64,000 nt of DNA from Phoronis australis. Taxonomy: Eukaryota; Animalia; Phoronida. The notes beneath the pieces are model-generated. The model worked only from the letters and a program-made list of their open reading frames with translations, was not told the DNA's origin and searched no databases. The stretch spans positions 253,190 through 317,189 of the forward strand of contig NMRA01000030.1 in assembly GCA_002633005.1 (NCBI GenBank), read 5' to 3'. Position 1 is the stretch's first letter. Every line of letters begins with the position of its first letter. Positions 59,601 through 64,000 of the stretch are shown here, in pieces. The translations under genes and the position numbers were made by a program.

Positions 59601-62303
59601 ATAATCTCAGTTTGCTTGCACTATATTTAGTTACCTTATAATCTCAGTTTGCTTGCACTATATTTAGTCACCTTATAATCTCGGTTTGCTTGCATTATAT
59701 TTACTAGTCACCTTATAATCTCAGTTTGCTTGCTCTATATTTTGTTCCCAGTGATTGATGTGAAGATGTCAGTGTTGTTTTAAATCTGCAGTAAATCCAT
59801 ATTTTTGTGATTTCAGAATTTTAGCATTTTCATTGGATAGCATTGCAGAGGTAGAAATCACAATTGACAAAAAGGTTTTAGGAAAAGCAAAACATGTGAA
59901 TGGTCCCCTGTATGTATTTCCATGGAGACCAGAGTTATATGACAGTGGTGTCCATGAACTGAAAGTTTCTGTTCGGGTTTGTATTTCATCATTATGTTTC
60001 TTTTTATTGTGTCAAGCTTTCAAGTTTTCTCCTAATTTTCTCCTAAATTTCAAGTGTTCTTTTTCACAAATGAAAGTGTTTTGAAACAATTCTTCTTCAA
60101 CTTGACTTACATGACTTTCTAAGTTCAATCTGTTACTAGGGACACTTCAATCCAAACAGCAAAGTAAACTTGTACGAAAACTGCATCAGTGTTGTCCCAC
60201 ATCACAGTTAATGCTTGGTGATGTAATCGTATCAGCAATATAGTGTTGTCCTACATCACAGTTAATGCTTGGTGATGTAATCGTCTCAGCAATGTAGTGT
60301 TGTCCCACATCACAGTTAATGCTGGGTGATGTAATCGTCTCAGCAATATAGTGTTGTCCCACATCACAGTTAATGCTGGGTGATGTAATCGTCTCAGCAG
60401 TGTACTATCATAAGGTTATCTCATGGTCAAATTCATTATTTTATTATGAGATTTTTAAATGACTGTTTATTATTGAGCATTTCATTGAATTAGTAACAGT
60501 GTGTTATGTGTCTCAATGCTTCAGGACTCAACTGGTAGGCAGAGAACAATACACCAACAGTTCTCTCTTGACAACACACCCATTCCTATTGGTGGATTCA
60601 AGAGAATTGTTTTGATGTTGGATTTAATTACTATAGTAAGTTATTTTCTAAGGGCTGTTCCAGCAAAATCTGTGTGGGAGGGGGTAGGAAGGCAACTGAA
60701 ATAAAAATTTATGGGTGGTTGCGTTTTGTTTAAATTCAAAATGGCTGGTGGTCGTACTTCAAAAAAATAAAAATTTACAGGACGTTGTTGTTTCATTGGG
60801 CCATAAATGTTTGATGGTGGGTAATTTTAGTAAATTTTATAAACAATCCGCAAAGAATCAAAAACTGAAACAAAAATGCAACTTGCAAAAAGCTCCGACT
60901 TTTTCACTCCCTCCGATCTCCTCATCGGCATGCCCATAACACCAGTTAACCACAGGTGCTCGAATTTCTCGATGGCTAATAACCATATATAAGAAACATA
61001 TGTTTTCTTGGTAATGAATGACGTTAGTGGTGATGGAGGAACAGATAAACTCAAGCGCCTGTGCAGTCAACCACAAGAACAAAAAAAAATTATGGGTGGT
61101 TGCATTTCAAACTTATAAAAAATTACGGGTGGTAGGCTGAAGAAATAAATGAAAAATATGGGTGGTGGGTGCGAAAAAAAGGTGCCTTCCCCCCCTCCCA
61201 TACAGATTTTACTGGAACAGCCCTAACAGCTTTTGTCTTACGAAAGTCACCACGTGCTCCCATTGGACGGTCTTATCCATACACCCAACGCCTGTCATAT
61301 CCAGCACACCTGTATAAACACATAACATTAACACACTCACTCCATGCTCCATAAGTCACTGCCAGTTCCAGACTTGTTCGCACATTTAAACCTTAACATT
61401 TATTGACCATGTCATGTCTTTATTTCAACTTTCTCAATTGTCCTTTTATCAAATGTCGTACATACAAAATCTGATTTCAAAGCTCTTACTGTCACATAGT
61501 CTGCCATTATTGTTTATGCCACTATCTCAAAGAAAATTTACAGTATACCATGAGTCCATTCTTGGGGAAGCAGTTGCTGGTTGTCAACCAGAAAATTGGC
61601 AGATGTCTTCCTTCTGACAACAGCACAACTTACAATGATTTTCGGACAGGTCTGGCTACTGTGGAGCTCCCTATAGGGATTGTTTGGATCCACATTTACT
61701 GTCTCTTCCAAACCCCTTGCGGGATCTTTATGAAGTACTAAACATTTCCTATGAATGTGACAACAGATGTCAACTTCTTCCCAACTGCCTCTGTGCCTCA
61801 TGCTGGCAATTCTGTTTTTATGAATGCCAAAAGCATTCATGGTCAGTCATGTTCCTAAATCATAAATTTGTCTGACTGAGAATTGTAAAACATGACATCG
61901 GTCTGACTGACTTATGGCAATGTTTGCCGTGAATTCTTAAAATTATCGAAGAAAAAATATCCATTGGTCAAATGCTAATATTTGGTTACTGGCTGCGCAA
62001 AATCATAAGATGTGCCAGATGCAGTTCACTGCTGTAGGTTGTCAGCCCTTGTCACAAAGCCTTGGTAGGCTTTTCTGGGGTTTGCGAATGAATTTTTTGT
62101 CATTTTGCAAACATTTTGACATACATGAAAGATATTCCAACACCAAATCGGACTTGATGATCAGTAAAATTGCAAATTTAAAATGAAACTAATGTATTCA
62201 AATCTCCTGTTTGTTTTGTAGTTCAGGATAAGTTTTTTCATTGTGTTTGCTGTCTCCATGGTACCCCTGTTTCTCTTGCGATACCTGTATCAAAGTGTTA
62301 GAG
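53429..62303 (+). CDS. TMEM62: Transmembrane protein 62 (calcineurin-like metallophosphoesterase domain), 5' part: join(53429-53611, 54171-54282, 55416-55553, 56229-56274, 56468-56615, 57139-57257, 58616-58738, 58964-59119, 59817-59976, 60525-60635, 62222-62303); continues beyond the window
   Basis: Eleven GT-AG exons join in one open frame. N-terminal signal-anchor, then NLIWFVQLSDIHLS, LVLVTGDITD, WFDIRGNHD, PNPGPRRPFNFFG, FGHYPTS, YLCGHLHTL, LELELGDWKDNR, FRVLAIDHDLLSF, WPIVVITNPK, STHVRILAFS, then a hydrophobic TM start. These are the TMEM62 and metallophosphoesterase motifs. An alternative in-frame ATG lies at 53408. Confidence 0.94.
54171..54282 (+). CDS. TMEM62: TMEM62 exon 2
   Basis: LSDIHLSRYNDP...KLVLVT; ttgcag acceptor, gtaaga donor. 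Confidence 0.92.
55416..55553 (+). CDS. TMEM62: TMEM62 exon 3
   Basis: GDITDSK...WFDIRGNH; gccag acceptor, gtaagt donor. Confidence 0.92.
55760..55912. repeat. Imperfect (CA)n microsatellite
   Basis: Direct. Confidence 0.95.
56229..56274 (+). CDS. TMEM62: TMEM62 exon 4
   Basis: 46 nt, DAFSVLSLDSPENYYR, completes the GNHD motif; tttaag acceptor, gtaggt donor. Confidence 0.88.
56468..56615 (+). CDS. TMEM62: TMEM62 exon 5
   Basis: TYSIQG...PNPGPRRPFNFFGMLTK; tttcag acceptor, gtatga donor. Confidence 0.92.
57139..57257 (+). CDS. TMEM62: TMEM62 exon 6
   Basis: NQLGDIE...TIYFGHYPTSTI; tttcag acceptor, gtaagt donor. Confidence 0.92.
57398..57658. mobile_element. MITE (same family as 41180-41450) inside a ~30-bp tandem repeat
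   Basis: CATCCGCACATCCAGGGAGCGGGCTCGGGGGG...CTGGGTGCGTGCATG; flanked by AGCCATTTCCCT.CATAGCAATGTTCTGT repeats. Confidence 0.7.
58068..58246. repeat. 36-bp minisatellite
   Basis: GAACTGTATGTGCCTTGCATACCCTCAGTCAATAGT, about 5 copies. Confidence 0.9.
58616..58738 (+). CDS. TMEM62: TMEM62 exon 7
   Basis: NGAAYLCGHLHTL...LELELGDWKDNR; tttcag acceptor, gtaagt donor. Confidence 0.93.
58964..59119 (+). CDS. TMEM62: TMEM62 exon 8
   Basis: FRVLAIDHDLLSFSD...WPIVVITNPK...STHV; ttccag acceptor, gtaact donor. Confidence 0.93.
59553..59740. repeat. 37-bp minisatellite
   Basis: TTAGTCACCTTATAATCTCAGTTTGCTTGCACTATAT, about 5 copies. Confidence 0.9.
59817..59976 (+). CDS. TMEM62: TMEM62 exon 9
   Basis: ILAFSLDSI...GPLYVFPW...VSVR; tttcag acceptor, gtttgt donor. 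Confidence 0.9.
60188..60402. repeat. 54-bp minisatellite
   Basis: AGTGTTGTCCCACATCACAGTTAATGCT.GGTGATGTAATCGTCTCAGCAAT, 4 copies. Confidence 0.9.
60525..60635 (+). CDS. TMEM62: TMEM62 exon 10
   Basis: DSTGRQRTIHQQFSLD...LMLDLITI; cttcag acceptor, gtaagt donor. Confidence 0.88.
60652..61223. mobile_element. PIF/Harbinger (Tourist-like) MITE in TMEM62 intron 10
   Basis: TIR GGGCTGTTCCAG.AAAATCTGT.TGGGAGGGGG / CCCCCTCCCATACAGATTTTACTGGAACAGCCC, TAA TSD on both sides. Confidence 0.9.
62222..62303 (+). CDS. TMEM62: TMEM62 exon 11 (first C-terminal TM segment)
   Basis: FRISFFIVFAVSMVPLFLLRYLYQSVR; tttgtag acceptor, gtaagt donor, phase 0 start matches exon 10. Confidence 0.82.
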
Positions 62304-64000
62304 GTAAGTGAGATCACCGAGTCCTTAAATTTTGGTAATTGGCGAACTACGCCTGCAAGTTACATTAGGGTTCACACGAGTCCAGTGAAGAGGCTAATTT
62401 CGTCAGCTACATAAAAACGGTTTGATGATAAGGTTGTAAATTTAACTTTTTAATGAAGTGTGCTGTGGTGCCATATTGATATACAAAAAAAATCTTATTA
62501 AAATTTTGATATTGCGGAGTGTGGTTGTTGAAATGTAGGAGTTTTGCTAAAATGTTAAAATATTATCTAGTCTGTATATAACTGTGTAGAATGAGACACC
62601 AACATCTATTAGTAGCTTTACACTTTTGTGGCAGAACCGTTAACCTGTCCGTGTCCTGTTCTTTACATTCATTAGTTGAAAATCTAAAATTTTTGCTGTG
62701 TTTTAATATTCTCACCAGTGATGACCACTGTACATGTTTGCTGTCTTTACTTTCCAGTCAACTCTACAGATTGTCAACACTTGGTGAGACCAGTGGCTGC
62801 AGTGCTGGAGTGGACAAAGTGTGTATCACAGTCTGACAGATATATTTTCTGGTCTGTTTTACTTAACAACTGTTATGTGGGTGTGGGTAAGTCACAGGGC
62901 CAAGTGTATCATAGTATGACATACATATCTTTTGGTCTGTTTTACTTAACAACTGTTATGTGGGTGTTCGTGAACAAATTGTCACCAGAAGCACAAACAG
63001 TCATCATGGAACCTTGTTTACCAAACTGCTTTGATTACCTACTAACTTCAAAATTAGATGTTTGTAGCAATGTGTGTGTAGATTGTGCTTTTTCATTTAT
63101 AATATTTTTTGTGATTGGATACATCTCTGTGTGTCACAGCAACAAGTGCCTCGTGTCCTTTGATTATTGTGCAACAGCATCACTCACCTGAATGTCTACT
63201 CCCAGCCTTCACTGAATGATAATTTTGGCTGTGGCCCAATGTTGCGGCATTGTGGGTAAAGACCTCAAGATTCAAGTGTCGCTGTGTAATACATGGCCGT
63301 CCTATCAATATGTCATGGTGATCTTGTCAGTAGAGTTTGAACTTCGTTTAACATTGATTTCATCCAGAACTCATTGTTCTGAGGTAGTATTTGACTCTTT
63401 TAAGAATCTTGAGTTATTAACTAATGACTTAAAGTATCCTAGGACCCTGCTGTATCTGGGAGGTCATTCATGTGACAATGTTTTCACTATTATCAGGAAG
63501 AGATAACCAGGAAGGGACAACTAGCTAAACCGCCGTTTTTGGCTTCCTTCCCCGGACTAATTTTAGGACTTAAGTTTCGTTTAAAAGGAAACAGATGATT
63601 TCATCAGAGAGATTAAAGCTTTTTCTATAGAAGGATTTCAAAAAATCTCACTTTGCAACCTTAAACAGTGGTGTAATTGTACTTTGAAAATATCGACTTC
63701 AGCGCACGCAATCGCAATTTCCCACACGCAGTCACGGGTATTTAAGCTTTTCTGTCGATGTATAGATGGCGCAGTAGTCAAGTACTCCCTCATTTGCATA
63801 TCAAATTTGCATGTGGGAGTTCTGAGACTCTCGTAAGTTTAGTTGTTGTCGAGCGCTTGAGTGGATAAAGCGGTGACCTCCCGCTGAGATCACGCGCTGA
63901 TGAAGATACCACAGCTAACTCGATCGCTTCGCAATCAGGAGGTGAAAACACTCCCATGACCGCAGTTCTAAATTCCAGTTAAGCAAGCCCTATTTCAAGG

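Noticed and set aside
62718-63191. 157-aa hydrophobic ORF as a possible TMEM62 exon
   Set aside because: No recognisable TMEM62 motif, contains a local duplication, and no convincing phase-1 acceptor and donor pair was identified

Overview
AT-rich eukaryotic (animal, most likely marine invertebrate) genomic DNA from a draft assembly, with one 858-nt N gap and several single-N joins. The left ~29 kb is a nest of decayed transposons: an L2/CR1-type LINE broken by a SINE and other insertions, an Academ DNA transposon with octamer-rich arms, three RTE LINE copies, a Gypsy remnant, a Penelope fragment and hAT-like MITEs. The right ~35 kb holds two spliced protein-coding genes arranged head-to-head about 0.5 kb apart. 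FAM177A1 is on the minus strand (5 coding exons, 190 aa, complete). TMEM62 is on the plus strand (11 exons visible, metallophosphoesterase domain, continues past the window end). Their introns contain minisatellites and MITEs. The most unusual structure is a TAG...CTA foldback element at 51742-52703, whose two inverted arms each carry a palindrome with an asymmetric spacer in direct orientation, a loxP-like or flip-flop geometry. All calls are by-eye reading and motif recognition; no database searches were run.
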